DNA of 64,000 nt from an uncultured bacterium (GCA_964590255.1 CAZPYA010000015.1:2085-66084); one strand, 5' to 3'. Shown: positions 10,555 to 20,914, counted from the first letter of the stretch. Notes: a model not told the origin generated them from the sequence alone. Made by a program: numbers and translations.

Positions 10555-11700
10555 TCACTGCGCCGTCGTCACCAGGTAAAAATTGTCATCCTTTCCAATG
10601 AAGGCCGTCGCTTTCGTGCCACTGAAAGACGTGCCGACGGTGGTGGCCTGCTGGCTCTGCAGCGTGCCGTCGGTTTTGTAGAGCGCGTATTTCACCACGG
10701 CGGTGCTGTTTACCGACATGGGCCCTACCTGCCAGGCGAAGAGGACATCGCCCGCGCGGTTCATCCAGGCTGATGGGTAGATCTCGTTCATTTCGTTGCC
10801 GGGGGTGGCGACGTGCAGGTCGAATTTCGCCCGCTTCTCATCGGAGATGGCCCAGTAGACCTTGTTGCGCGCCATGACGGCAACCAACGCGCGGCCGGTG
10901 GGCGAGAAGGTCAGCTCCGGTCCGCACATCGGGCAGCTCGGTAGCACCCAGTTGTCGGTGTTCACGCGGATGGCGGTGAAGTTGTTTTCCGTCTTCCGGC
11001 TCTTCAGCATCCAGAAGTCGCGCACATCCTTCTCGGCGTTGCGCACCGCCAGATAGACATAGCCGTCGGCGCCGATGCGCGCGCGCATCATGCACATGCT
11101 GCAAGCGAGGCCGGCCATATTGTCTATCTTCAGCCGCTCGGGCGCCTGGAAGGTCGCGCCGTGGTCGGTGGAACGCGCCATGAACAGCCAGGTGGCTGCC
11201 TTTTCCACCGGCTTCGGGTCGGCCATCACATGCCAGAACACCAGCACGTTGCCGTCCTTGTCCGCCGACATCGTCAGGCCGTCCGTCGCGGCCACGTCGG
11301 CCACCAGCTTCGGCTCGGAGAAGGTTTTCCCGCCATCGGTGCTGTTCACATAACGGGGGTACGTCTTCACCCCCGGGCTCCACTTGTCGGCCCAGATTAC
11401 GTGGATGACGCCGTCGCTCGCTACGCTGATCTTCGGCCCGCGCTCACCCATGGTGGTGGTTACCTGCAGTGTGGTATTCATCTTCACGGCTTGGGATAAC
11501 GTCTTGCCATTGTCCATCGACTGCGCGTAAAAGGCGTCGTTCCCCTTCCCGTAGACCATATGCATGGTGCCGTTGCGGTCCACCGCCACGTCCGGCGCCA
11601 GCGCCCCCGAAGGCCCCGGCACCACCGTCACCGTCGCCGCGAACGCAGCGAGCCCACCGAGTAAAAGGCAAAGCAGGAAAAAGGCACGAGTGAACGCCAT
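10555..11700 (-). CDS. Secreted BNR/Asp-box (sialidase-like beta-propeller) protein
   Basis: Signal peptide; Asp-boxes SMDNGKT, STDGGKTF, STDHGATF; ACSMC and SCPMCGP motifs. Confidence 0.8.
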   Translation of the reverse strand: MAFTRAFFLLCLLLGGLAAFAATVTVVPGPSGALAPDVAVDRNGTMHMVYGKGNDAFYAQSMDNGKTLSQAVKMNTTLQVTTTMGERGPKISVASDGVIHVIWADKWSPGVKTYPRYVNSTDGGKTFSEPKLVADVAATDGLTMSADKDGNVLVFWHVMADPKPVEKAATWLFMARSTDHGATFQAPERLKIDNMAGLACSMCMMRARIGADGYVYLAVRNAEKDVRDFWMLKSRKTENNFTAIRVNTDNWVLPSCPMCGPELTFSPTGRALVAVMARNKVYWAISDEKRAKFDLHVATPGNEMNEIYPSAWMNRAGDVLFAWQVGPMSVNSTAVVKYALYKTDGTLQSQQATTVGTSFSGTKATAFIGKDDNFYLVTTAQ

Positions 11701-11812
11701 GAGTTTGAACCTCTACTGAGTCATACGCCTGTGAGTATACCCCGTTTGCGCCGGTAAAGACAAAAACGAGGGGATAGGGGACAGGGAACAGGGGCGAGGG
11801 GGTGAAGGGATC

Positions 11813-12003
11813 AGGGCCGAAGGCCCGGCAGATAAAGCCACGGGTGCCAACCCGTGGTACCTGGAACCGATTGATATGAAAGAGCCCCGGAGGGGCGACA
11901 GACCGTTCTGTCGCCCCTCCGGGGCTAAAGTTACTTTCGGCACGTTTGCCACGGGTTCCGCTGCGCTTCACCCGTGGCTATTCGCACATGCCCCTTCGGG
12001 GCA
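11813..12003. repeat. REPIN-like nested inverted-repeat element, copy 2
   Basis: Same architecture and orientation as 10374-10553 (AGGGCCGAAGGCCCGGCAGAT..AGCCACGGGTGCCAACCCGTGG..GCCCCGGAGGGGCGACAG). Confidence 0.85.
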
Positions 12004-12017
12004 AATGTGGTTATTTG

Positions 12018-14177
12018 TCAATCCATGAACCCCTCCGTCCGCGCGATGATCTCATCCTGCAGCGGTTTGCCGAGGGTGACGAAGGCGGAGCTGTATCCCG
12101 CTACGCGCACCAGCAGGTCGGGGTAGCGCTCGGGGTGGGCCTGGGCGGCGCGGAGGGTGTCGGCGTCGGCGACGTTGAGCTGAAGCTGGCTGCCGCCGTT
12201 GGCGACAAAGGCCCGCACCAGCGCGGCGACGGTGCGCCGGCCGTCCGGGGTGGCGAGGTCGGTGGGGCTGACGCGCAGTGTGGAGACGTTGCCGGCGATG
12301 AGGCGGGAGTGATCGAGCCGGCAGAGGGAGTTGATGAGCGCGGTTGGACCGGTGGCGGCGACGCCCTGCGCGGCGGCTAGCGAATCGGCCAGCGGCTGGC
12401 CGGCGGCGCGGCCGTCCAACGTGGCGCCCATGAAGTGGCCATACGCGATGTGCATGTTTTCGCCGCCGGCCAGGTGCCCCAGCACCAGCGCCTTTCGCAG
12501 CGGGGTGCTCCGCCGCTCCAGCGCGTCCGCCATTAGCGTCACCAGTCGGGCAGCGAGGTCATCCACCGCGGGCATGTCGTTGCCGAATTTCGGCAACGCG
12601 CGGATGGCCGCCCGCAAGCCGGGATCGCCGGCATCGAGTTGGGCATACAAGCCGCTCATCGGCACCCCGCGGCGCAGCCCCAGCTCCAGCGCGGCGTGCA
12701 GCATGTCGGCGGCGTTGGGCAGGCCGATGCCCTCCCAGTGACCGTAATGCGACTCCGCGCCACCGTGCAGCAGGTCGGCGCCGTGTTCCAGGCAGCAGGG
12801 CATCAGCAGCGTCGCGGAAAAGCGCGCGTCGGTGACGCGCTCGTCCACGGCGATATTGCACCGGCGGCACTGCTCCGCCAGGTCATCCAGTTTCCGCGCT
12901 AACGCCACCCACAGCGCGTCTTCGTCGGGCGGGTCGGTGCGCAGCACGTCATCCACCGCCAGCGCGAAATTCACCCAGCCGTTCGGCGCGCCCCAGTTGC
13001 CGCGACCCGGCGACACCACCTCGGTACAGCCGCTGAGGGCGTAGTCGCGGGCGATCTCCGCCGGAACGCCGATGCGCGCCAGCCCGGCGAGGATCGGCGC
13101 GTCGCCGTAAAACGACGGCTCCGCCAGCCCGTCGCCAAGCATCGCCAGCGCCTCCTCCAGCACATCGGCGGGGGTGTCGGGCGTGCAGCGTATATAGATG
13201 GTCGGGCGCAGCAGGCGCACGGCGTGGGCGGCGCGCAGCGTCAGTCGTGTCAGCGCGTTGCAGGCGTCGCGGCCGTCGGGCAGGGCGCCGCCCAGTGTCA
13301 TCGTCTGTACCGAGCTGACATTCACGCCGTCGCTGAAGGTATCGGCGTGCAGCTTGATGAGCAAACACTCCAGCAGCTCCTGGGCGGCGGCTGGGGTGAT
13401 GCGTCCGGCGGCCAGGTCGGCCTGGTAAAACTCGTGCAGGTAGACGTCGAGGCGTCCGGTGGCGTCGCCGGCGGCCAGGTAGGCGAACCATAGGCTTTGC
13501 AGCGCCTCGCGGAAGGTCTCGGCGGGTTGCGCCGGCACCTTCTCGCAGATGCGGGCGATCTCGCGCAGCTCCGCGGCGCCGGCGTCGTCGCTGGTCAGCG
13601 CGCGCTCGCGGCAGGCGTGGGCGTAGTGGTGGGCGTGCGCAATCATCGCCTCGTAGCCCATGGCGCAGGCCAGCGCCAGGTCGCGCCGCGGCCCCTCCCA
13701 TTCGTCAGCGAGCTGCCGCGCCCGTCGCGCCAGCGCCGCCGTGCCAATGCGAATGACATTGGCGTAGTCGACCACTTTGTGATTCAGCGATCCCTGCGGC
13801 GAGAGCAATCCACGGGCGGCGTCCGCGCGGATGTCCGGCCATTCCTCCGGCACGTGCCCGGCAAACCACTCCACATAGCCGACGCCGCCGTCGGGCGACC
13901 AGCCATATTGCCCCTCGGGCGTCGCCGCGCGCTGTAGCGCGCCGACCAGCAGCTCGTTGGGTCGGATGACGGGGGTGAGGTGGGTGAAGACATGCGCGAA
14001 CGCCGTCGCCTCGCGCAGCACGGTGGGCAGCGTCGCCGCGGCCAGCGCTTCGCCGTCCTGCTGCAGGCGGTGAAACTCGGTAAACGGCCCGGCGGCCGCC
14101 GCCAGCGCCTCGCGCGCCAGCCGTCGGGTGCGCGGCGTCGAACCGCGGGGGATACTCTGCAGCACGGGCACAGTCAT
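12018..14177 (-). CDS. Glycyl-radical enzyme (PFL2/dehydratase-like superfamily)
   Basis: C-terminal glycyl-radical loop LLVRVAGYS; Cys loop ALSGCTEV; PKFGND; QLQLNV. Confidence 0.9.
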   Translation of the reverse strand: MTVPVLQSIPRGSTPRTRRLAREALAAAAGPFTEFHRLQQDGEALAAATLPTVLREATAFAHVFTHLTPVIRPNELLVGALQRAATPEGQYGWSPDGGVGYVEWFAGHVPEEWPDIRADAARGLLSPQGSLNHKVVDYANVIRIGTAALARRARQLADEWEGPRRDLALACAMGYEAMIAHAHHYAHACRERALTSDDAGAAELREIARICEKVPAQPAETFREALQSLWFAYLAAGDATGRLDVYLHEFYQADLAAGRITPAAAQELLECLLIKLHADTFSDGVNVSSVQTMTLGGALPDGRDACNALTRLTLRAAHAVRLLRPTIYIRCTPDTPADVLEEALAMLGDGLAEPSFYGDAPILAGLARIGVPAEIARDYALSGCTEVVSPGRGNWGAPNGWVNFALAVDDVLRTDPPDEDALWVALARKLDDLAEQCRRCNIAVDERVTDARFSATLLMPCCLEHGADLLHGGAESHYGHWEGIGLPNAADMLHAALELGLRRGVPMSGLYAQLDAGDPGLRAAIRALPKFGNDMPAVDDLAARLVTLMADALERRSTPLRKALVLGHLAGGENMHIAYGHFMGATLDGRAAGQPLADSLAAAQGVAATGPTALINSLCRLDHSRLIAGNVSTLRVSPTDLATPDGRRTVAALVRAFVANGGSQLQLNVADADTLRAAQAHPERYPDLLVRVAGYSSAFVTLGKPLQDEIIARTEGFMD

Positions 14178-14242
14178 GATCACGCTCCCTTGCCGGACTA
14201 TTCGCCGCACGGGCGCGAAATCCTACCACATTGCCGCATCGC

Positions 14243-14446
14243 TTACGCCGCCGGCCGCTTGCGCCGGCGCGAAGCCCACGCACAGACGGCGCAGCGGATG
14301 CGGTCGTGCTCCTGGCGCAGGGTATGCAGGCCGCGGCAGGCCGGGCAGACGGTCACCTGCTCAGTGAGCACCATGCGGCTGTTGGTGTGCGGGTCTTCGA
14401 TTACGCCCAGGTGAATCTCTTCCAGAAAGCGAGTCAGCGTTTCCAT
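14243..14446 (-). CDS. Small Zn-ribbon-like protein (67 aa)
   Basis: GGAGGTG SD; CPAC...CAVC Cys pairs; basic C-terminal tail. Confidence 0.6.
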   Translation of the reverse strand: METLTRFLEEIHLGVIEDPHTNSRMVLTEQVTVCPACRGLHTLRQEHDRIRCAVCAWASRRRKRPAA

Positions 14447-14573
14447 GGTGAAGCACCTCCCACCCGATGTAGCGTCTGCAACTTGTGTAATATACCCGCC
14501 GCGCGTTGTGAATGTGTCAATCCACATGAACAACGTATCAACGATGGAAGAAAGTTTCGTATAATAGGCGACG

Positions 14574-15623
14574 ATGACCGATACGAGCACCATCGACGTG
14601 AAAGGGCTGTTTCCCGACGAGTTGGCCGGGGTGCTAACGAGCCTGGGCGCGCCGGCCTACCGGGCGAAGCAGCTTTTCGCCGGGATGCACCGGCGGCTGG
14701 CGACTTCCTTCGACGCGATGCCGGAGCTGCCGGCGGCGCTGCGCGCGACGCTGGCCGAGCGCTGTCGCCTCACTGCGCTGGAGACGCGCCGACGCGTGGA
14801 GGCGCCGGACGGCACGGTGAAATATCTCTTCGGCCTCGCTGACGGCCGCGCCATCGAAACGGTGCGCATCCCCGATGAGGGACGCGTGACGGTGTGCGTT
14901 TCCACCATGGTGGGCTGCCCCTTCGGCTGCGGCTTCTGCGCTACCGGCCAGGCCGGCTTCGAGCGCAACCTGACCGCCGCCGAGATCGTCGACCAGGTCT
15001 ACCACGCGCAGGCCGACCTGCCTGCCGGGCAGCAGGTGACGAACGTCGTCTACATGGGCATGGGCGAGCCGCTGGCGAACTACGACGCCGTGACGCGCTC
15101 CATCCGCCTGCTCAACCACCCGCAGGGGCTCCACATCGGCCAGCGGCGCATCACTCTCTCCACCGTGGGCATCGTGCCGGGCATCGAGCGGCTGGCCGAC
15201 GAGGGACTGCAGGTGGGGCTGGCCATTTCGCTGCACGCGCCCACCCAGGCCGCCCGCGCGCGCATCGTGCCCATCGCGAAAAAGTACCCCCTCGACGCGC
15301 TGCTCGCCGCCGCCCGCCAGTTCGTCCGCCGCACCGGGCGCAAGGTGACCTTCGAATACACCGTGGTGCCCGGCCAGAATGACAGCCCCGCCGACGCCGC
15401 CGCCCTCGCCACGCTGGTGCGCGGCCTGCAGAGCTTGGTGAACGTCATCCCGCTCAACCCCACCCCAGACTTCAAATGCCCCGGCGATCACCTCGCCACC
15501 GCCGAGCGTTTTACCGGCGCCCTCCGCGCCCACGGCGTGGAGGTGGCCCTGCGCAAATCGCGGGGGGCCGAAGTCGGCGGCGCCTGTGGGCAACTCAAAG
15601 GCGCCGAGGACAAACGCAAATAG
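14574..15623 (+). CDS. rlmN: 23S rRNA/tRNA radical-SAM methyltransferase RlmN
   Basis: [39 protein letters not shown]. Confidence 0.95.
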   Translation: MTDTSTIDVKGLFPDELAGVLTSLGAPAYRAKQLFAGMHRRLATSFDAMPELPAALRATLAERCRLTALETRRRVEAPDGTVKYLFGLADGRAIETVRIPDEGRVTVCVSTMVGCPFGCGFCATGQAGFERNLTAAEIVDQVYHAQADLPAGQQVTNVVYMGMGEPLANYDAVTRSIRLLNHPQGLHIGQRRITLSTVGIVPGIERLADEGLQVGLAISLHAPTQAARARIVPIAKKYPLDALLAAARQFVRRTGRKVTFEYTVVPGQNDSPADAAALATLVRGLQSLVNVIPLNPTPDFKCPGDHLATAERFTGALRAHGVEVALRKSRGAEVGGACGQLKGAEDKRK

Positions 15624-15745
15624 CACCGGTGATCGTCCGAGAGAGTCTCAGCGCCGCGAGGCGCGTTCAGTCTATGCACATGGATTGCCTAAACTGCGAC
15701 GCTATCAGTCGAGACCGGGTATACTTCCCGCGGGAGGGCATCAAT

Positions 15746-16213
15746 ATGACTGACACTATCACCGTCTTTTCCGTGGCGGAGGGGCAGGAGATCGACGTCG
15801 CGAAGGCGCGAAAGACTGATGCCGAGTGGCGGGCGCAGTTGACGCCCGAGCAGTACCAGGTGGCGCGTCACGCCGGCACCGAGCCGCCCTTCGCCAACGC
15901 CTACTGGGACAACCACGCGGAGGGGCTGTACCGCTGTGTCTGCTGCGGCAACGACCTGTTTGCCAGCGCGACGAAATTTGAGAGCGGCACCGGCTGGCCG
16001 AGTTTTTACCAGCCCGTGGGCGCCGGCAACGTCTATACCACGTCAGACACCACCCTGGGCGTCGAGCGCACCGAGGTGCATTGCGCCCGCTGCGACGCCC
16101 ACCTCGGTCACGTCTTCGACGACGGCCCCCGGCCCACCGGCTTGCGTTACTGCATGAACAGCGCCGCACTAGCCTTTGTGCCACCGGCGGAGATCCGGCG
16201 CTCGGTGGTGTGA
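15746..16213 (+). CDS. msrB: Peptide-methionine (R)-S-oxide reductase
   Basis: [33 protein letters not shown]. Confidence 0.95.
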   Translation: MTDTITVFSVAEGQEIDVAKARKTDAEWRAQLTPEQYQVARHAGTEPPFANAYWDNHAEGLYRCVCCGNDLFASATKFESGTGWPSFYQPVGAGNVYTTSDTTLGVERTEVHCARCDAHLGHVFDDGPRPTGLRYCMNSAALAFVPPAEIRRSVV

Positions 16214-16375
16214 ATCCGCGCGAAGCCGGCAGAGGTTATTTTTCATTCGAGCCTTCGCGGGCGATAGCATGGTGTGTGCATTTCTCCATCCCAGCTCATA
16301 CAGCGTCGGTGAGATGGATGGCGTATGAAGCGACAGCAACGTGCCATGTTCTCTTCGATGCACGTGTAACGGTAT

Positions 16376-16404
16376 TTGCGCCACGCGGCGCATTTTGCTA
16401 TAAT
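16376..16404 (+). promoter_or_regulatory. Sigma70-type promoter of rpmH operon
   Basis: TTGCGC-N17-TATAAT with extended TG. Confidence 0.55.
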
Positions 16405-16489
16405 GCCCCGGTTGGTAGAAATACGGCGGCTGTGCGCCGCTTGCGGCAGGTGCAACGCCTGCCGTTCTTGTTGTGAGGAGGACAGTTCG

Positions 16490-16624
16490 ATGAAACGTAC
16501 CTGGCAGCCCAAGCGCCGGCGCCGATCGCGCGTGCACGGTTTCCGCAAGCGTATGAGCACGCTGGACGGCCGCCATGTCCTGAGCCGCCGTCGGGCCAAA
16601 GGGCGCAAGCGCCTGACCGTCTAA
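16490..16624 (+). CDS. rpmH: 50S ribosomal protein L34
   Basis: [22 protein letters not shown]...[10 protein letters not shown]; GAGGAGG SD. Confidence 0.97.
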   Translation: MKRTWQPKRRRRSRVHGFRKRMSTLDGRHVLSRRRAKGRKRLTV

Positions 16625-17010
16625 TGCGCATCCGTGACATTTACGCGCCCCTGCGGCGACGCGCGGACTTTTCCCGCGTACATCAGCAGGGGCGCCGGAA
16701 ATCCGATGCGGTGCTGCAGGTGCGGCTGGCCCCCCGGCCCGCCGACGTGCCGTCGGACGCCCGCATCCGCCTCGGGATTCTGGTGACAAAAAAATATGGT
16801 TCAGCCGTGGAGCGGAACCGCTTCAAGCGTCTGGTGCGCGCGGCGATCCGCGCGCTGGGCCCCGACTTGACGTCGGGCTGGGACCTGCTGGTGCTGCCGC
16901 GGGCCGCGCACGATGCCACGATGCCGGTGGTGCTGGCGTCGCTGCGCAGTCTGCTGGGGATGCTGGGCGCCGTGCGCGCGCCGGCGCTTCCGGAAGCAGG
17001 TCCGTCATGA
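16624..17010 (+). CDS. rnpA: RNase P protein component
   Basis: [21 protein letters not shown]; position after rpmH. Confidence 0.93.
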   Translation: MRIRDIYAPLRRRADFSRVHQQGRRKSDAVLQVRLAPRPADVPSDARIRLGILVTKKYGSAVERNRFKRLVRAAIRALGPDLTSGWDLLVLPRAAHDATMPVVLASLRSLLGMLGAVRAPALPEAGPS

Positions 17011-17327
17011 CGACGGCGCCGTTGCCATCATTGCTCGCCCGATGGGCGCTGGCCACCATTCGCTGGTATCAGCGCGCCATTTCATCACGCACGCCGCCCT
17101 GCTGCCGTTTTTCGCCGACCTGCTCGGAGTATGCCGCCCAGGCCATCGCCCGTTTTGGACTGCTGAAAGGCGGCTGGCTGGGGTGTGTTCGCATTTTGCG
17201 CTGTCACCCCTGGCATCCGGGCGGGTATGATCCGGTACCGGGCATGGAGCCGACGGCCGGAGACACGCCTCCCGCTTCCGACGCGCCGTTGGAAGCCGAG
17301 GACGATCGACCGACAACGAATGGATGA
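17007..17327 (+). CDS. yidD: Membrane protein insertion efficiency factor
   Basis: [29 protein letters not shown]. Confidence 0.95.
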   Translation: MTTAPLPSLLARWALATIRWYQRAISSRTPPCCRFSPTCSEYAAQAIARFGLLKGGWLGCVRILRCHPWHPGGYDPVPGMEPTAGDTPPASDAPLEAEDDRPTTNG

Positions 17328-18909
17328 ACCGATGCATATGAATCGACCACGACCCGCGGGCCTGCCGCGTGTCCTCCGCTGGGGGATGCTGCTGGCGGTG
17401 CTGCTCGCCGCCGCGTGCCTCTTCTCCGGCTGTATGCCGGGCCCGCCCACCCTCACTGCGCTCTCGCCGGAGCAGCGCGAGCAGGCCATCATCGCCATGG
17501 CCACCATCGAGACGGAGATCACCGCGTTCCATACACGGGTGCAAGGCTCGGTGAGCGCGCTGCCCGAGGGCGCCGAGATCAACTATGTCCCTGGCGACGA
17601 ACTGAAGACGAAGCTGGGCTTCGGCAGCAAGCAGCTCACCAGCCAGGATCCGAATATCGCCGGCAAGGCGCATTTCCTGCAGGGATATTACTATGAGTTC
17701 GTGCGGAACTTCGGCAGCGCGTACGGCTCATACACGGAAGCACAGCGCCGGGGTTCGGGCTACGCCGCGCAGGCCTATTATCGCGCCGGCGTGCTCGGCA
17801 TGCGCAGCGCGCTGGACGTGAAGGCGCTGGCCGGCTTTGCCGGCACCGGCACGCTGTACGATTACGGCGTGCGCGTCGGCGGCACCCCCCAGGAGGCGAA
17901 CAAACTGGCGCGCAACAACCTGCGCGGGCTGGCGACCAAGCACGACGAGCCGAGCGTGTTTGACCGCGTCTTCAGCCAGGCGAAGCCGCAGCAGTTCCGC
18001 GTGCTGAATCGCGAGATTCCCGGCGCGCTGATGCCGGACGGCACGCCCCTGCCGACGCTGGCGGGCGAAGGCGGCCTGCTCGGCAGCTCGGACGGCCCGG
18101 CAGTGGCGCCGCGGACGATGGCGAAGACGGCGCTGGTGATGCTTGACGTGCTGCACCGCTTTGGCAGCGGCACCGACCGCGCCTACTACTTCTCGGTGAA
18201 GGCCATCGTCGACGCGTTCAATGCGCTCTCCCCGGCGTGGGGCCCGACGCTGGCGCTCATCTTCCTGGCGCTGCTGGTGAAGCTCATCACCATCCCGTTC
18301 ACCAATTCCGCGTTCCGCGGCATGCGCGACATGCAGCGCATCCAGCCGCTGCTGAAAGAGCTGCAGGAGAAGTATAAGGACGACAAGCAGCGTTTCGCCG
18401 AAGAGCAGATGCGGTTGATGAAGGAGCATAACGTGAATCCCATGGGCGGGTGTCTGCCCATGCTCATTCAGCTCCCCATCTTCATCGTGGTATATAACGC
18501 GGTCAACGTCTACGCCTACGGCTTCTGGAACGCAAGTTTCATATGGATTCCCAGCCTGGCGCTGCCGGACTTCATCCTGCTGCTGCTGTACCTGGCGAGC
18601 ATGGTGGTGAGCCAGAAGCTGTCGCCCACCAACAGCAGCGACCCGGCGATGCAGCAACAACAGCGGTTGATGACGTGGATGATGCCGATCTTCCTGGCGG
18701 TGGTGCTGAAGGACTTTGCCTCGGCCTTCGTGCTGTACTGGCTCTTCCTGAACATCTTCACCACCATTCACCAGTACTACCTGTTGCGCCAGTACGCCCG
18801 GGAGGACGCCGCGGCCGGCATCGTGCCCGCCGGCGGGCCGACGTCGCCAACGCCGCGCGCCGAGAAGTCGGCCGATTCCTATCTCAACAAGCGCAAGAAA
18901 GGGAAATAG
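17320..18909 (+). CDS. yidC: YidC/Oxa1 insertase with lipoprotein-like, helical N-terminal extension
   Basis: [35 protein letters not shown]; start codon uncertain (17320-17338). Confidence 0.9.
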   Translation: MDEPMHMNRPRPAGLPRVLRWGMLLAVLLAAACLFSGCMPGPPTLTALSPEQREQAIIAMATIETEITAFHTRVQGSVSALPEGAEINYVPGDELKTKLGFGSKQLTSQDPNIAGKAHFLQGYYYEFVRNFGSAYGSYTEAQRRGSGYAAQAYYRAGVLGMRSALDVKALAGFAGTGTLYDYGVRVGGTPQEANKLARNNLRGLATKHDEPSVFDRVFSQAKPQQFRVLNREIPGALMPDGTPLPTLAGEGGLLGSSDGPAVAPRTMAKTALVMLDVLHRFGSGTDRAYYFSVKAIVDAFNALSPAWGPTLALIFLALLVKLITIPFTNSAFRGMRDMQRIQPLLKELQEKYKDDKQRFAEEQMRLMKEHNVNPMGGCLPMLIQLPIFIVVYNAVNVYAYGFWNASFIWIPSLALPDFILLLLYLASMVVSQKLSPTNSSDPAMQQQQRLMTWMMPIFLAVVLKDFASAFVLYWLFLNIFTTIHQYYLLRQYAREDAAAGIVPAGGPTSPTPRAEKSADSYLNKRKKGK

Positions 18910-18911
18910 CG

Positions 18912-19406
18912 ATGAACGCACAGCCTCTCTCTGACCAGGCGGCCATCGCCAAAGAGGTGGTGGAGCACGTAGTGGATTACCTGGAGTTCCCGGCGCCGGT
19001 AACGGTGGACGTGGCGGAAACTGACGAGCAGATCGCCGTGACCCTCACCAGCGCGGAGCCCCTCGGCGCCATCATCGGCAAAGGCGGGCAAACGCTGAAC
19101 GCGCTGGAGATGTTGGTGAAGGAGATTGCCTTCCATCGCACGCACCAGCGCGGCAAACACATCACGCTGGACGCGGAAGGCTACCGGGCGCGCCAGACCG
19201 AGCGCCTGGAAGAAATGGCGCGCGAGAAGGCCGTCTCCGTGCTGGACACCGGCGAAGCGGTGGCGCTGGAGCCGATGTCGGCCCGCGACCGCCGCACCGT
19301 GCACATGGTGCTGGCTGAAATCGACGGCGTGGCCTCGTATAGCGTCGGCGAAGAGCCGTTCCGCCACCTGGTGATTTGCCTGCCAGGGCAGGAAAAAGAC
19401 GAGTAG
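18912..19406 (+). CDS. jag: Jag/KhpB RNA-binding protein (KH + R3H)
   Basis: IIGKGGQTLNALE, LDAEGYR, PMSARDRRTVH, SVGEEPFR. Confidence 0.9.
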   Translation: MNAQPLSDQAAIAKEVVEHVVDYLEFPAPVTVDVAETDEQIAVTLTSAEPLGAIIGKGGQTLNALEMLVKEIAFHRTHQRGKHITLDAEGYRARQTERLEEMAREKAVSVLDTGEAVALEPMSARDRRTVHMVLAEIDGVASYSVGEEPFRHLVICLPGQEKDE

Positions 19407-19448
19407 CCCTGGAGCGCGGATTGTCAATCCGCAGGCTCTGTCATACAC

Positions 19449-19478
19449 GAACGCCCCGCTCGCATGAGCGGGGCGTTC
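19449..19478 (+). terminator. Hairpin after jag (probable terminator)
   Basis: GAACGCCCCGCTC-GCAT-GAGCGGGGCGTTC perfect 13-bp stem; no clear U-tract. Confidence 0.55.
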
Positions 19479-19651
19479 CGTCATCCCTGTAAAGTATCCG
19501 ATGAGGCCGGTGGTGTCGCCGTCGCTGGCGTGTCGCCCCGTCCTGGGGCGCGGCGTCCCTGCCGTTGAACCATGCCCGCCGCCGGTCTCATAGGCCTATT
19601 GTAGCGCCCAAGAGGGTCAGAATCTGTCCCTCTCGACCGGTCGAAAAATAT

Positions 19652-20092
19652 TTACGTGAATATTTTCAACAAATGCACGCCGGCGTCGGGGTCCAGCTCG
19701 CGCCGGGCTTGCACGCCGCACACCTCGAGGATAATGACCTCGAGCACTAGATAGACGGCCATGCCGCCGCGCGGGCAGCCCACCCGCGCCGCCTGGCCCC
19801 GGCCCAGCCCGGCGTGGAAATGCAGCAGCGGCTCGCTATCTTTCAGGAAGATAGTGCCAACGCCCACCAGTTCATGCGCGGCGTCCACCGTCTCGAAGTG
19901 CGGCACCACCGGCAGCGACTCTCGTTCGGGCCCGGTGACCACCTGGCCGCGGCGCATGCCGCCCACCGCCCAGACCACGCCGGCGGCGATGCCTTCGCGC
20001 CGGGCGATCTCTTCAACGGCGTCGTAGATCGACTCGCCTTCATGCAGCCGCGCGACAAAGACGCGGCCGAGCTGTCCCTGTGTATATTCCAT
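19652..20092 (-). CDS. PPC/DUF296 domain protein
   Basis: RVFVARLHEGE, HFHAGLG, LEVIILE. Confidence 0.85.
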   Translation of the reverse strand: MEYTQGQLGRVFVARLHEGESIYDAVEEIARREGIAAGVVWAVGGMRRGQVVTGPERESLPVVPHFETVDAAHELVGVGTIFLKDSEPLLHFHAGLGRGQAARVGCPRGGMAVYLVLEVIILEVCGVQARRELDPDAGVHLLKIFT

Positions 20093-20185
20093 GCGGTTAT
20101 TATCGCCGAAAAGCGCGGCGCTGTGAACCCGGCAGGAACCGGGGGGCGCTGGCGCGAATAGACTGACAGCGATTTATATGAGGAG

Positions 20186-20833
20186 ATGTCCATGCTACAG
20201 GCTTTGCGCGAACTCGTCTGCGCGTTGAATAAAGAGCTGCCGACCGAAGGGCTGGTGACGATGACCTCGGGCAACGTGTCCGGGCGCGATCCGGAGACGA
20301 ACCTGGTGGCGATCAAGCCGAGTGGCGTGAGCTTCGCCGCGCTGACCCCCGCCGACATCGTCATCGTCGACTTGCAGGGGAACGTCGTCTACGGCACGCG
20401 CAAGCCGTCGGTGGATACCGCCACCCACCTGGTGGTCTACCGCGCGCGGCCGGATGTCAACGGCATGGTGCACACGCACTCAAACTTCGCCACCGCCTTC
20501 GCCGCGGTGGGCAAACCGATCCCCGCGGTGCTCACCGCCATCGCCGACGAGTTCGGCGGGGCCATCCCATGCGGACCGTATTGCCAGATTGGCGAGGAGC
20601 AGATCGGCGAGGCCATCGTGGCGCACATCGGCACCTGTCCGGCCATCCTGCTGCAGAACCACGGCGTCTTCAGCGTCGGCCCCACCCCGCAAGCGGCAGT
20701 GAAGGCGGCGGTGATGTGCGAGGACGTGGCGAAGACGGTCTTCTACGCCATGCAACTCGGCGACCTCATCCCCATCCCGGCGGAGGAAGTGGCGCGGGCG
20801 AACCGGCGGTATATGGAGAAGTACGGGCAGTAA
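20186..20833 (+). CDS. araD: L-ribulose-5-phosphate 4-epimerase (class II aldolase)
   Basis: TSGNVS, IKPSGV, KPSVDTATH, VHTHS, LLQNHG. Confidence 0.85.
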   Translation: MSMLQALRELVCALNKELPTEGLVTMTSGNVSGRDPETNLVAIKPSGVSFAALTPADIVIVDLQGNVVYGTRKPSVDTATHLVVYRARPDVNGMVHTHSNFATAFAAVGKPIPAVLTAIADEFGGAIPCGPYCQIGEEQIGEAIVAHIGTCPAILLQNHGVFSVGPTPQAAVKAAVMCEDVAKTVFYAMQLGDLIPIPAEEVARANRRYMEKYGQ

Positions 20834-20836
20834 GGT

Positions 20837-20910
20837 GTTTCAGGTTTCAAGTTTCAGTGTTACAAGTTGAAGCTGAATTCCCAACTTGAGACTCTGAAAC
20901 TTGAAACTTG
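20837..20910. repeat. Heptamer (GTTTCAR) tandem repeats forming an inverted hairpin between convergent genes
   Basis: GTTTCAGGTTTCAAGTTTCAG ... CTGAAACTTGAAACTTG. Confidence 0.7.
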
Positions 20911-20914
20911 TCAC

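Noticed and set aside
14574-15623. Radical-SAM gene as the GRE activating enzyme, or as Cfr
   Set aside because: Has RlmN hallmarks (MGMGEP, C-terminal ACGQL) and lacks activase-type motifs; nothing specific suggests Cfr
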